The notes beneath the pieces were generated by a model that worked only from the letters and a program-made list of their open reading frames with translations, did not search any database and was not told the DNA's origin. From Perkinsela sp. CCAP 1560/9 (lineage: Eukaryota; Protista; Euglenozoa: Kinetoplastea), in contig CBFFSA010000055.1 in NCBI GenBank assembly GCA_965644495.1, positions 1 through 52,280 of the forward strand: a stretch of DNA of 52,280 nt, written 5' to 3'. Position numbers and translations under genes: made by a program. Positions 1-11,741 of the stretch are shown one piece after another. Within the stretch, counting starts at the first letter, position 1, and each line of letters begins with the position of its first letter.

Positions 1-1599
1 TGTACCATTATCATTATTATTATTAATGACCTAGTGTAGCTTCTGTCTGCCACAGTCCGCTTGGAAGAAGGTCGTCCACCAAAGCTTGTAAATTTTTCAA
101 TGGAGCCCGATTCATCTAATGGGCGCTTCTTTTTCAATGATCGAGAAGTCATGGAAAAATAAATACGAAAATATGGCCCAAAACATGAAAATAAGTTGAT
201 CATTTTTTAGTTCAAAAAACGTACTTTTTAAGACACAAAACCTTTTGTATGAAAATTCTGTATGAAAATAAGTTGATAATTTTTTAAGAGTTTTCACCAC
301 ATAGAATGATAATTTTTTTAAGCTTATCATTATTAATGACAGGGGGAGTATATTTTCCGTGCGGATATGTAGCTAGGGCGTTTAAGGGACAAAACATCAA
401 CATTCATCACGTCAATAGATTCAGGAATATTTTTTCGGTTCAATGTAGCTTGAAAACAAAAAAGTCTGTAAAAATGGGAGGAAGGCATTGGTACCAAAAG
501 TTGGATTATTCTGGACCTTCGCAAATTCTTCATTTTTAGTCGCTTCGTTCGAAACGCGTTCGAAAAGCGGCAGTTTTCAACACGAAGGCAGTGGTGGCTT
601 CAAAGAGGGTTCAAAAAGGTCGGAAGCCCTTGGCGGCACACCTTAGTTATTTTTTACAGGTCAGTCACTATGATGTGGAGTAGAAATACACCCCTGTCCA
701 GCTTCATTTACCCACCCTCCTTACAGGTCTTGTATTTTGTTCGATTTTAGAAATATTTGATATGGGGCTGTTTTTCGACCCAATCGTCTCGAATCCGATG
801 TCCTCTTCAATCGAGCGACCTTTTTTTCTTCCGAAACCTTAAAATTTTTGTCGAAACCCCCGATTTTGTTTTGCCCACCCTAAAAAAATCATTATTTTCA
901 GTTTTTTCCTTAAGAGTTTTCAGTTTTCTCCTTTCAGTTTTTAGTTTTTTCCTTTAGCCAAGAGATAACTGACTTCCTCTTCTCCCGAATCAGCGTAATC
1001 CACCGGAAAGTCGAACCTTGCTCATAGCACGGTACTAGGAACTATAATCCTTGTGTGCTTTAGCTAGAAGGAATAGACACGAAATATAAGACGCTATGTT
1101 TCAAACATCCTTTAACAGTAGAACATGTTGACAAATTAAGAAATTCATTCAAAAACTATCGCAAATGACTTCAATTTGTGGTAAAAAAGAAAGGTTATCA
1201 TATTGGATATTGAATACGTATCTAGTGTCATTTTTGCGTTCTCTAAGCACGATTTTTTCCAAATGCATAAACTTTTTCCCGAAAGCATGAAAAAAATTAC
1301 CGTATACCCCCCCCCCAGTAATAGACTGTGGGTGATGCACACCCGCAGCGCCTCACGTAATATTACTGTGGCTTCCGCTTTATTATGGACATTTTTTTCC
1401 GCTTTTGTCCATAATAAAGGAGGGGGGTGATGGAAAGGGTGTGAAAAAAAGAAGCGGCGCCATGTTTTCTCATACTACGGCAAAAAAAATCTAAACTGTA
1501 AAATGCATTGCCACGAGGGCGGGCGAGGATCTTTGCTTTTCTTTTTTTAAACATGCTCATTGTTCTTTGTTTTATCCAGTTCCTGGGCACAAAATTCTC

Positions 1600-2443
1600 T
1601 TGATGAGATCTGCAAAATGCAACAAAGTGGGGGGTCACATTTCGTGAGCCGGGGTTCATTAAGCTCGGTTCGTCCCCTTTTCTCGTTTGTGTGATGTGAA
1701 AGCTCGCGAAATTACCGCGCATCAAAACTTCTCCTCTCATGAGAAATTCATTTTTTTAATATTTTTTTGCTTATTTTTATTGAAAACGAGAGGTCTCGTT
1801 CCCCTAGCAACGAGCTTCGCCGCTATTTTTTAATATTTTTTAATATTGGCCCACTTGTGGCCCTTGGCCGCGGAGTGTTTGTTTTTTAAAGTTGGTGTGG
1901 TATGATGATGCACAAAAATAAAGCAGATTTTTTTTTCGTTTTTTAAAATGATCTAAAAATGGTGGGAAAGTGTAGATCCCATGATTTTGAACGAGAAAGT
2001 GATATCCTAACCCCCTTAGACCCCTTCAAGAGGAAAATAAAGGGAATTGCTTAAAAAAGTTGAATTTTCACCGTTTCAAGAAAAAATCAATCAAAGTCAA
2101 ATATTCCACCACGTGAAAAATTCAATGTTTGTTATCTGTTTTTGCTCATTTTTGTTGCAAACCAAAGATCTCGTTCCCCTAGCGAAGAGCTGTGACGCCA
2201 TTTTCATATTGCCCCCCTTCTCCCCCCCTGGCCGCTGAACATGTAATTTTTCTGCTAATATTAGTATGACTCTGTAAAAAAAATATTGAAAAAGTGTGGT
2301 TTTATTTTTTATTCGTGAAGAGGTCTAAAAACAGCGGGAACGTGCAGATCTCAAAATTTTACACGATAAGATGGTGCTATAACCTATCCACGTCGCGCTG
2401 TGCCAAAAATAAGGTGGGGTGCCTTATTGATGAAGGGGGGTTT
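1600..2443. mobile_element. Degenerate non-autonomous Tc1/IS630-type ends, related to the 8400-9738 element
   Basis: 2320-2443 aligns with the right end of 8400-9738 (AAAAACAGCGGGAACGT.CAGATCTCAAAATTTT...GGGGTT TA). The TTTTTGTTGCAAA..AGATCTCG motif is at ~2150. Left boundary is approximate. Confidence 0.5.
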
Positions 2444-2764
2444 ATATTCATTATACCAAATGAGTCATTTCGCAGCTTAGGCACCACCACCAGTGCATCA
2501 CACAAATGGGAAAAACGTAGGTGCCGCGAAGCGTCGCCGAAATTGTTTTGCCTTTCACTTTCGAATTCTTCCATATTCTGTCAATCACCACAGATGCGTT
2601 GCCCCCTTCTAAGTAGCGGGCTTTGCGAATTTTGGAGAAAAGTGAGGAGAAAAAGGCTGTGAGGCGAAGCGTACAGCATGCGTGACTTCTATTCCGAAAA
2701 CAACCATCGCGCTTATCGAATCGATTTTTTTTAAATATTAATCTAGTAGTATAAATTAGTTAGT

Positions 2765-3520
2765 TTATTGATCTACGACTACAAGTTTGGTATTCGAAGA
2801 ACATCTCAATAATTGAATACTTTTTTTTAATCGCGGGTGGAGCTTGCTTGCGACTATTGTACCTTCCAGAAGCGGATTTTTATCTAAAGTAAGGGTATCT
2901 AGCTTCTCCGGAAGGATTAATAAATCTATCATTCCTTCGAATTCGTTTCCAGACAAGTATAAAGCTTCCAGAGTGTCCGGGAGTGCCCCGAAATCTAATT
3001 TTCCAGTCAAGAAATTATCACTAACGTCAAGATGTACCAGATCGACGGGCAACTGTGTAAGGCATATATCACCAGACAATTCGTTTGTTTCCATCCATGC
3101 GCCGGTAGAAAGCTTCGGGAGTCTTGTCAGATCCGGATTGCCTGTAAATTTGTTTCCTCCCAGAAAGAAATGCCTTAACTTTACTAATGGGAAAAGGTCA
3201 CATGGGACGTTTTCCCCTGATATGCTGTTGTATTCAATATCGAACGTCTCAACGGACATTAAAATACATGCAAACTTCATGGATCCACTCAACTTTTGAC
3301 GGCTCCACCTTATTTCAGTAACTTTCTCCTCTGAATTACACTTGATGCCTTTCCATTTGCAAGCAGAAATGTCAGAATTCCAGCTCTCATGACGAGTGTG
3401 CAAACCACTAATGAGCCGCTCAAGATCCATTTCTTGTGGTAAATTCAATGCACCAACCTTCGACGGGAGCGTGGATGGCGCTTGGGAATCCATTGCACAT
3501 AAATTAGATAAAATATTCAA
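2765..3520 (-). CDS. Leucine-rich repeat protein (LRR-only, LRRNT_2-like cap); paralog of 25035-25748
   Basis: W..DISACKWKGIKC cap followed by LxxLPxxLxxLxLxxNxLxGxLD repeats; intronless. The likely ATG start is MDSQAP. Confidence 0.85.
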   Translation of the reverse strand: MNILSNLCAMDSQAPSTLPSKVGALNLPQEMDLERLISGLHTRHESWNSDISACKWKGIKCNSEEKVTEIRWSRQKLSGSMKFACILMSVETFDIEYNSISGENVPCDLFPLVKLRHFFLGGNKFTGNPDLTRLPKLSTGAWMETNELSGDICLTQLPVDLVHLDVSDNFLTGKLDFGALPDTLEALYLSGNEFEGMIDLLILPEKLDTLTLDKNPLLEGTIVASKLHPRLKKSIQLLRCSSNTKLVVVDQ

Positions 3521-4078
3521 GGTATTAATTTGCTTTAATGGGTATTAAAGTTATGCAGGGGGAATCAGCTCATATGCAGGGGGGATCAGCTAATGCTGGG
3601 GAATCTAAATTTCGTAAAACTTGGCCTACAAAATTAACGGGGTTCCGGTTTAGCATACCTGTGACCTGTACCATACCGGGGGGTATGGTATCGACCCAGG
3701 GCCGATAGCATACCCCCAACCCCTATGGCAACATATGTTGTGTCAACAAAGGTCGTGTTAATCCCAGAAATTAACACGATTCTTTTTTGACACAACATAA
3801 TTTCTTCCCTGTAATCAGACTTTCAAATGTACGCATTTGGGATTTTGTTGTTCCGTTTCTTAACGCGCAAACTCTTTGTGTTGAGATCTATAACATGCTA
3901 CAAAAATTAGCTCAAACGAGCGAAGCATTGAGATTTTGGAGGGAGTGCCTTATTTTGCTCAGGGGTTTATGTAAATTGTCCTATGTAAAGAATGGGGGAT
4001 TACTGATACAAGCTCATAAAGTTGTTGAGGTTTATGAAGCTGTGACAATCAAAGCTTGGGCAATATATTTTTTGTATC

Positions 4079-4639
4079 TTACTTCTGAATCCAATCAGCC
4101 GGAATGCCCCACCAAACAGTTTTAGGTTGAATGCCTTCCGGAATTGATCCTTGGAGATTTGTATTCCCCGTTATATCGAATCCAGTAATTTTTGAATCCT
4201 TCAGAAAAGAAAGATCAACAAAGCCAGTGAACTGATTTCGAGAGATGTTCAAAATTAGCATGGTAGGCGGCAGGTCCTCAAGGTGAAGCTCACCTGTAAA
4301 CCTGTTGCCTTGGAGCCACATTCTTTCAAGTACAGGAGGAAGCAACGCGAAACTTACGCACCCGCTCAATTGGTTGCCGCTCAGTTCGAGGTATGTTACA
4401 GAACGTGGTATCGAACCCCAGTGCAATGTACCGGACAGCCCTCGACCACTCCAAGCAATGCGGCTAACTTCACCCTGCTCACTACACGTCACACCAATCC
4501 ACTCACATGCTGGTGTAGTCGTATTCCATGACTCATGCAGATGTTGAACATCACTAATAAACTTTGTGAGTTCGTATTCCGGAGGGAGAAACATGCCCCT
4601 GACCTTACCTACACGTGTTGTGCTCTTAGGAATATTCAT
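4079..4639 (-). CDS. Leucine-rich repeat protein
   Basis: SWNTTTPACEWIGVTC cap and about 4 LRRs (LELSGNQLSG, LQGNRFTG, ISRNQFTG). Confidence 0.85.
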   Translation of the reverse strand: MNIPKSTTRVGKVRGMFLPPEYELTKFISDVQHLHESWNTTTPACEWIGVTCSEQGEVSRIAWSGRGLSGTLHWGSIPRSVTYLELSGNQLSGCVSFALLPPVLERMWLQGNRFTGELHLEDLPPTMLILNISRNQFTGFVDLSFLKDSKITGFDITGNTNLQGSIPEGIQPKTVWWGIPADWIQK

Positions 4640-4981
4640 GACTTTGTAAATCGAATGTAGCCGTAATAAAAATCGAACATAGCGTATAAAAACAAACTAA
4701 TGGATCTCAACAGAGAGAATGCACAATGCATTGAATTATAAGGTTCGTACACTACCGGCTCCCGTTTAAGCACACCCGGGAAGACCCCTTTTAAGCGCAC
4801 ACTGAGCTAAGGTGTAGTTGTTTTTATGTAGGCGCACTTTTCAACAACAAAAAACGAGGTGCGCAAAAACGGGTGGGGACAGCAATTATCACCCGTTCTT
4901 TTGAAAGAATAACTCAGCATTTGAATACAACTTCTTTAGTACAACTACATTACAACTAGGTATGTACAACTTCACGCAACA

Positions 4982-5761
4982 CTACACCGTTAATAGTGTG
5001 ATATTAGTGCCGAAAATCATGAATCCGAGGCGCAGGTTTTTAGGAAGATGGTGTTCCTCTATCTCGCCGCACAACTTAGCGTTCGATGACAAATCGAGGT
5101 CCTCTAACGTACCCGGAAGGCTTTTTAAATTAACGTTTCCGGAAAATTTATTATCGTGAAGACGCAGAATATTCAGATTTGGGAGTGCACTGAAACAAAG
5201 TTCACCTGATAATTGATTCCTGTCAAGACAGAGACTGGTTAACCCTAAGGGTAATTTAATTAAACAAACTTCTCCTGTAAATTGGTTACCTGAAAGCATC
5301 AAAGTCTTCAAATTCAGCGGGAGAGCGGTCAAGTCCAATGGCCCGCTAAATTTATTATTCCGAAGACTGAAAGTGCGCAAAGTGGAGGGAAGAGTACCCA
5401 GTGGTACTTCCCCAGAAAGTTGGTTATTATAGACATAAAAGTTGTATAATGTTTTGGGAAGGTAATCAAACGTGAACGAACCTGTCAGTTTTTTCGTGAT
5501 CCAATTTATGGCCAATATCTCATCATCTTTGTTACAGGACACGCCATCCCACTCACAAGCCGGGGTTGATGTACTCCACGAGGGATGCGTATTTTCAATT
5601 TCATGTATAAGTCGCTTAAGACTATATTCTTGTGGAAGATTAGTTGTGCTCACTTTAGCTGCACGTCGCGTCATGCGTGGGTCTTCAATATCCGCAACAG
5701 AAACCGTGTGCAACATCAGAGAAAAACGTTTAATTTCTTTATCTAGAAATTTCATGGACAT
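4982..5761 (-). CDS. Leucine-rich repeat protein; paralog of 23719-24582 and 44600-45334
   Basis: RRAAKVSTTNLPQEY N-terminus, SWSTSTPACEWDGVSC cap and about 6 LRRs. Confidence 0.88.
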   Translation of the reverse strand: MSMKFLDKEIKRFSLMLHTVSVADIEDPRMTRRAAKVSTTNLPQEYSLKRLIHEIENTHPSWSTSTPACEWDGVSCNKDDEILAINWITKKLTGSFTFDYLPKTLYNFYVYNNQLSGEVPLGTLPSTLRTFSLRNNKFSGPLDLTALPLNLKTLMLSGNQFTGEVCLIKLPLGLTSLCLDRNQLSGELCFSALPNLNILRLHDNKFSGNVNLKSLPGTLEDLDLSSNAKLCGEIEEHHLPKNLRLGFMIFGTNITLLTV

Positions 5762-5818
5762 TTTACTTTTGATGCATTGAAATTCGAAGGTGTTCTCTCC
5801 CTCTCATTAATTTTTAGT

Positions 5819-6290
5819 GCGGTGGTTGTATAACTACCGCTCTACCCCCGATTATTGAAAAAAAAATGAACAAAAACAGTGAAAATATAAAGAGAAACAC
5901 ACAAATATAATAGAAGAAAAAAATATAAGAGTGGGCTCCGGTGGTCCAAAACTGAAAAAAAAAATGAAAAAAATGGGGGGTCCAGGGGGGGGTCCAGGGG
6001 GGGTCCAGGGGGGGGTCCAGGGGGGGTCCAGGGGGGGGGCATACGTCGCGAAATATTTTTTCGAATTTTTTACTTTTCAAAATCGAGCGCAGGGAAGTGG
6101 TAGAGTATGCCGCGGCGATATTTTTCGACCCCCGCCCATGGGGGTACCCCCCCTGGTACGCGCAGGAGGGGTCTGACAAGGTCAAAAATTCCGAAATTTT
6201 TGGGGTGACCAAAAACAAATTGACCCAAAAAAAGTAAAAATATTATTTTTCAAGAACCCTAAAACGTGTTTTAGGAGTTTGGAACCCCAG
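5819..6290 (+). repeat. G-run minisatellite-bearing interspersed repeat (Helitron/Helentron-like), copy 1
   Basis: Starts with the hairpin GCGGTGGTTGTATAACTACCGC, followed by an A-rich tract and (G-run TCCA)n. Near-identical heads at 27982, 51662 and 51877. Confidence 0.7.
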
Positions 6291-6299
6291 CTACCATTC

Positions 6300-6903
6300 T
6301 ACGACATTTGTTTCGTCATATTCGCCTCCTATCCCTACTGGTACACAACACCTGTTGCCTGGGAGCCTAACATATGAATTTCGTGGAACCAAGCGCGTCA
6401 AGATATGTACAACTGGAAAAGAGCGTAACATCACAACTTGTTGGATGTGGTGTCGTTCTTCGAAAAATTGTGATGACACCTGGTCGCACCTGATGAACCC
6501 ACCTCACCTGATTTGGAGCACGCAATCAGAAGTTGGACCCATTGCACAAGAAACCAAGCGAGCCAGCGTGAAATATAAATGTACCAGCACTACGTCGAAA
6601 TCTGGTTGGACGACTGGCGTAACATTTTTACAGTGGGCCAAATTTGAGTTTTGCGACCGATCAAAGTACCCACCTTACAAGACTTTGTTTGTCCTAGATC
6701 TTTACGCAGCACATCGCACTAAGGAACTTCTTCTATACTTGAAGGAAATGCATATCGATATTTTGTTTATTCCTGGCGGATGTACCCCATTAGTACAACT
6801 TATGGACACAAGCGTTAACAAAACTTTTAAGAAAAACTATATGGACAAGTGCAGCACGCAAGTGCAGCACAAAAACTATATGGCGTGCAGCACGCAGCTT
6901 TAA
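6300..6903 (+). pseudogene. pogo-like DDE_1 transposase fragment
   Basis: KSGW, LFVLDLYAAH and FIPGGCTPLVQLMD motifs; truncated at both ends. Confidence 0.8.
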
Positions 6904-7409
6904 GGGACCGGAACGCATGCTAATTACTACGTTGTATGCTTCATTAAAGATCAGAAACTGTTTTATTAAAAATGATAGCTGTATTATAATAAAGCAGAAT
7001 AAATCTAAAGTGTATTTTCTGTTTATATTGTTTTTCCCTTGTAAACAACATTTGTATTCATATACAATGTATTTAATCTATTGGTACGTGGGCTCATGTT
7101 ATCTCTATCGTTCACGGTATATTCGGAAAGCTGCTCAAACGATAGTTACCGTTTCTGTAAAAATCCCAACTTCCTCTGAAAGTTGGGCACAAAACCGAAA
7201 TGGGGAAGTAAGGTCGGGACCTCCTCGTGGTCTTCCCTGGCACTGCCATCTCGCTGATGGCACTGAAGCCGACCTAATAAGTTCGAAAAAGGGTTTTTTC
7301 ATTTATACGGATGTATACAAAAATGTGTCATACAATTCCTCTTGATGCTACGTGACTTGTCCTACCACGCGACTTATCCGCCTTTTCCGCTTTTTTGGCC
7401 TTTTCGTCG

Positions 7410-7960
7410 GGACAAGTGAGGGGGGGGTGACGGTACGCGGGGGGGTCACCCCCGGGTAGGGGGGTAGAAAATGCGCGCCAACACCCCGGCTACCCCTTCT
7501 GAGGGTTTTTTTCGAAAAATAGTTTTTTTTACAAAAATTCGTGCGGTATGCGCCCCATAGACCCCCCCATGGACCGGTCATTTTTTTCAATTTTTTTTTC
7601 AATTTTGGACCACCGGAGCCCCCTTTTATATTTTTTTCTTCTAAGTAATAAACCCCCAGAAGGGGTAGCCGAGGCATTGGCGCACATTTTCCACCCCTGT
7701 ACTCGGGGACGACTCCCCCTGGTATCAACAGGCCGGGGCCACCAAGTTCGGTTTTTTCTGAAAAAAACTCAACTTGGCGAAAAATACAGCTTAAAAAATC
7801 GTTCTTCAAAATAGTTACACCTATTGCATTTTGAGAGTTTGGGTCCTATCCTAGCTTTCTAGACCGTTGTTTTCACAAGATATCCCTTCTTGAAGCCGTG
7901 ACATGCCTCCCAAAATGACGCCCCAAAAAATCGGTGTCCTGGCAAAACTCGGCAAAACTT
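7410..7960. repeat. Rearranged (fold-back) copy of the G-run repeat family
   Basis: 7430-7640 is an inverted copy and 7657-7860 a direct copy of segments found in 28070-28480. Confidence 0.65.
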
Positions 7961-8399
7961 AACAGGTTTCAACCCTCTAAGTTTCGATTTTGTTTTTGCC
8001 TTCTACTTCAAGTAACTAGGCTCCTGTGATGCCGAAAATCAAGGATGGCGATATGCTCATGGAGTGGTGGTTTCTTTGCCACTCGGAAAACATGTTTTGA
8101 TTGTGTATGAGGTATCAGAAGGCAAACGAACCCTACGGTTTCAAGCAGATAAAAAAGTCCGCCGAACAATCCCACTCTGTCCTAATGGAATATGTACAAT
8201 GTAAGGCATTGGAGATGTAAAGGCATGGAGACTGGAAATAGGCGGTGGGCAATTCGTCTCACAAAGAAGCATATATTGCCTTCAAAGACATTAGAAAGTT
8301 ACATGAGCAACATATCGGGAGCAAACGCGCGCTTGCCCAAACACATGTAGTCGAACCTGTCGTGATTGTCGAACCTGCTTAATTATAATTATAATTATA

Positions 8400-9738
8400 A
8401 ACCCCGCGTCATGGAAAGTGATCCCCCACTTTTTTTTCGTACAAATGTCCGTTTGAGCTGATTTTTGTTGCGTTTTGCAGATCTCAACACAAGGACTTTG
8501 CGCGTGAAGAAATGAAACAAAAAGAAGCGAATGCGTATATTTTATTGAGGAATTACCATTTTTTCACTTTTTCGCCTTTCAATCTTATACACTCCTTAAG
8601 GCGTGAGTCAAAGCTTAAGACCGTTTTGTCGATCACATTTTGAGACAAGCGAGACCACGCTTTGCGTACACATCGGATGAGTGAAGGCTTATCCGATGGG
8701 GTCTGTTCGTCCACCGCCCCTTGGACCATAGACCAGACGTTTTCTATTGGGGAAAGATCTGGTGAGTTGGGGGGCCAATTTTTCAGAAGTTCACTCATTG
8801 CGCTTTCAATGTACTCCTTTGAGGCACGAGCAGTGTGAGCCGTTGCCCCATCTTGCTGAAAAATACGATTAGGGGGAAAATCTACCTCTTTTAATGTTTC
8901 TATGTACGTCTCACTTGTAATAGATGTGTCATTTTGTAGAATTACCGAGTACCTCCACCCCACCCCTACAGCACCCCAAACTTGGCATCTTGGTGCCCAA
9001 CGTACTTTTTGACGCGGGGCTGCTTTTTGACCGCGCCTTTCCCACATTTTTCTTCTGCCATCATTCGTATCAAATATTTTTTCGTCTGTAAAGATGACAC
9101 GGGAAATATCCATATTGTAATTCAACGCAAATTGAACTCTTTTTACTTTTCGTCGTTCGGTAAGCCCTTGGCATAGCGGTCGAGCGGCATAACTGTAATC
9201 CAGGGATGATAAGTCTCTCTGTACAGTTCTTTTTGAAACTTGTATATTCTTTTTCTTCAATTGGGCTGCTATGCGCCTTGATGAATTGAGTCTCGGTACT
9301 CCAGCGGGGTCAAGAGGGGTTATATCTTCTCAATTTTCGTTTTACGAGTTTTCATTATTTTTTTTCGCTCAGGACTCAAAGTGTATACTGGGGTAGTTTT
9401 TTTTTCGTTCAAATATTTTTTAACTATCCTTCTAGAAACGTTGAAATCACGGGCTATCTCTTTTATTGATACTCCTTGTCCGTGCCTCATCTTTAAAAGA
9501 ACCTTTCCACTAGAAGTCAGCCCCCCTCTTGGGAGTCGATATGGTGATTTTGGCATTTTTGAAAAAAGGTTGAAAAAATTAAATTTTTTTTTTACTGAAT
9601 TTTAAAGTTTTAAAATGAGCTAAAAACAGCGGGAACGTACAGATCTCAAAATTTTGAACGACAACGTGGTATGATAACCCCCCCACGACCCCCTGTGCTA
9701 AAAATAAGGGGGGGGTCACTTATTGGTGACGCGGGGTT
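8400..9738 (-). mobile_element. IS630/Tc1 element (DD35E) with TA TSD and frameshifted transposase
   Basis: TIR AACCCCGCGTCA..AAGTGA.CCCCC at both ends, each flanked by TA. ORFs 9320-9556 (HTH) and 8553-9260 (FTDEK, QQDGATAH-35aa-E, WPPNSPDLSPIE) are in different frames. Confidence 0.9.
8553..9556 (-). pseudogene. Tc1-like transposase with one frameshift near 9315
   Basis: N-terminal HTH ORF and DDE_3 ORF are out of frame with each other. Confidence 0.85.
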
Positions 9739-9748
9739 TATTATAATT

Positions 9749-10639
9749 GAGGGTCTGCGGGTCGTGGCACACGAGACCGCGCGAGACCGCGGTTTGGTTT
9801 TGGCATGGAGAGACAAAAAAATGCTAGTTTTTGGATGGAGAGTAGAGCATAATTTGAATAAAAAAGAACTTTCACTTCATATACAGGGGGGGCCACGAAA
9901 ACTGACTAGCTTCGCATTTTAGCCTCGTGAGGCCGTTTGAGCTAATTTTTGTTGCAAACGAGAGATCTCGTTCTGAATATCGTGTCTACGCTATTTAGAA
10001 TACAAAAACTGAAGAAAGCAAGCCTTTCCCATGGGTCGAAAAACTGAAATTTTTGAGACTTTGCAAATTGAAAAAAGAGCGCAAAATAGCAATTTTTGGC
10101 CTTTCGCGGTAGAAACTAAGTCTTAATATCCAGTATTCCCACCTCCACGCTCACGTAGAGTAGCGAGGCGTGTGGGAAGACTCTGTAACGTGTTCACATA
10201 CGCCTCGTGACACTCTGCCAACAAGTAGTCCTTCGCCTTAGGAATAGCAGCTTGCAATTCCGTTCGATTTTTCGGACGAAGATGGGTGTGGATGTACTTA
10301 TCCATCATAAATGCGTGGAAACACGCATCGGGTACTTGCTCAAGGAACACATAAATTATGTGCCCTACGAACCTAGGAAACCGCGGAAGCGAAAGAAGTA
10401 AATTGGTTTAGTTTTATTGATCTTTTAATATCAGTCTTGGTCTGTGTTCAACCTCGCTCTATTTATTCCAATTGAAATTGCGTAGACGAAATTGCGATTG
10501 AAATTGCTTAGACGTATACTATAAACGAAAACTATTTGACAATCTCTAAAATATCATTATACCCTTTTACGAATATGAGACCGCGCGAGACCGCGCCGAG
10601 ACCGTGCGAGACCGCGGTTAACGTCACCCGCAGCCCCTC
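9749..10639. mobile_element. Non-autonomous Sola-like element (GAG...CTC termini, 4-bp TSD AATT) containing a Tc1 fragment
   Basis: GAGGGTCTGCGGGT / ACCCGCAGCCCCTC termini, AATT on both sides, and GAGACCGCG subterminal repeats. Confidence 0.75.
9884..10310 (-). pseudogene. C-terminal fragment and one end of a Tc1 element of the 47419 family
   Basis: PKNRTELQAAI...NTLQSLPTRL...GGGNTGY* matches the C-termini of the 47617 and 33798 ORFs; TA CAGGGGG end near 9884. Confidence 0.7.
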
Positions 10640-10941
10640 AATTATATTGTAACTTTTATATGTAACTGACAGAATTACGTCGACTATCTTTAGATCAACT
10701 ACAGTACTAGGATTCGTACATCTTTCTAGTTTTTACTTGAAATAGGATTCGTACGTCTTTCTAGTTTTTACTTGAAATTGTATGCACACAATCGGACACC
10801 TTCCGGTCGGCCACCTGCCGAATATTGTGTCAGTCCGTAAGAAAGAGAAATTTGTTCCGTTTAGATTCATTTTTTCCCGAAGAAGGCCGCAAATTTGAGC
10901 TTTTTAAGTACCACTTTTTGCTTATACGGCTAAAGAGCGTA

Positions 10942-11735
10942 CATTATCACGCCTTCCTAAACACGCTAGGAACCGGTCCTAAGACGGCGTCGTCCTCATG
11001 TACATGAGCGACGAAGTGTGAGGGAGAAGGAAGTAGAGGTACGTGTGAGGGAGAAAGGATATGCCTTTTTCTTTGCTTTTTGTTATTATATGCTTTTAAT
11101 TTAATTTAATTTAGTACATGTGAGGGAGAACCAGAGGGAAGAGGGGTGCTTTAACTAATAATCCACTTGATTTTCATTTCATTAATTATTTTTGCAAATT
11201 GTATTTACAATGTTTATTGTCGTATCGTACTTGTAATTTGGGGGTTGGGATTATTACTATACTATTAATTTTCAGTGATACTTGGATGAGCAGCTTTCAT
11301 GCGTTTTGGCTTCTAGTATCACTGATCCCCTACAGCCGGTCAAGCTGTAGGGTTGCAACTTGTATCTCGTGCATCGTCTGGCATACAATCTTGGAACTGT
11401 ACGATGACCGTTCAGGTCAATCGGCCCTTCGATCCCCTATTGACCGTAGGGTTTGAGAACAGTTCGAGTATCACTGATCCGCCAGTAGGGCGTTTGAAGG
11501 GTGCATCGATGGAGGTATGTGCTTGACAGAGACCAGAGTAGTGATTCTAGCCCTTTTTCAACTGAATAAGGCAGTCAATCCATGTACACGTACAATGACA
11601 AAATGTACATGAAGGAACCAAGCTGTTTCGTCGGAAAACAAAAGGAAAAAAGGAGAAAAGGTACGCTACGGCACTTGCATGCCTGGCACTGTGCTTGGGA
11701 ACCGGTTCCTCGGTGCTTAGGAAGGCGTGATAATG
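10942..11735. mobile_element. Non-coding inverted-repeat element (CATTATCACGCCTTCCTAA termini)
   Basis: ~38-bp imperfect IR at 10942 and 11735; no clear TSD; internal GTGAGGGAGAA repeats. Confidence 0.55.
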
Positions 11736-11741
11736 AGGTCG

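Noticed and set aside
5814-6218. Pro/Gly-rich ORFs here and at 7348-7814, 27920-28377, plus the ER/SL-repeat ORFs at 30039-30290
   Set aside because: These are translations of G-run or (GA)n repeats.
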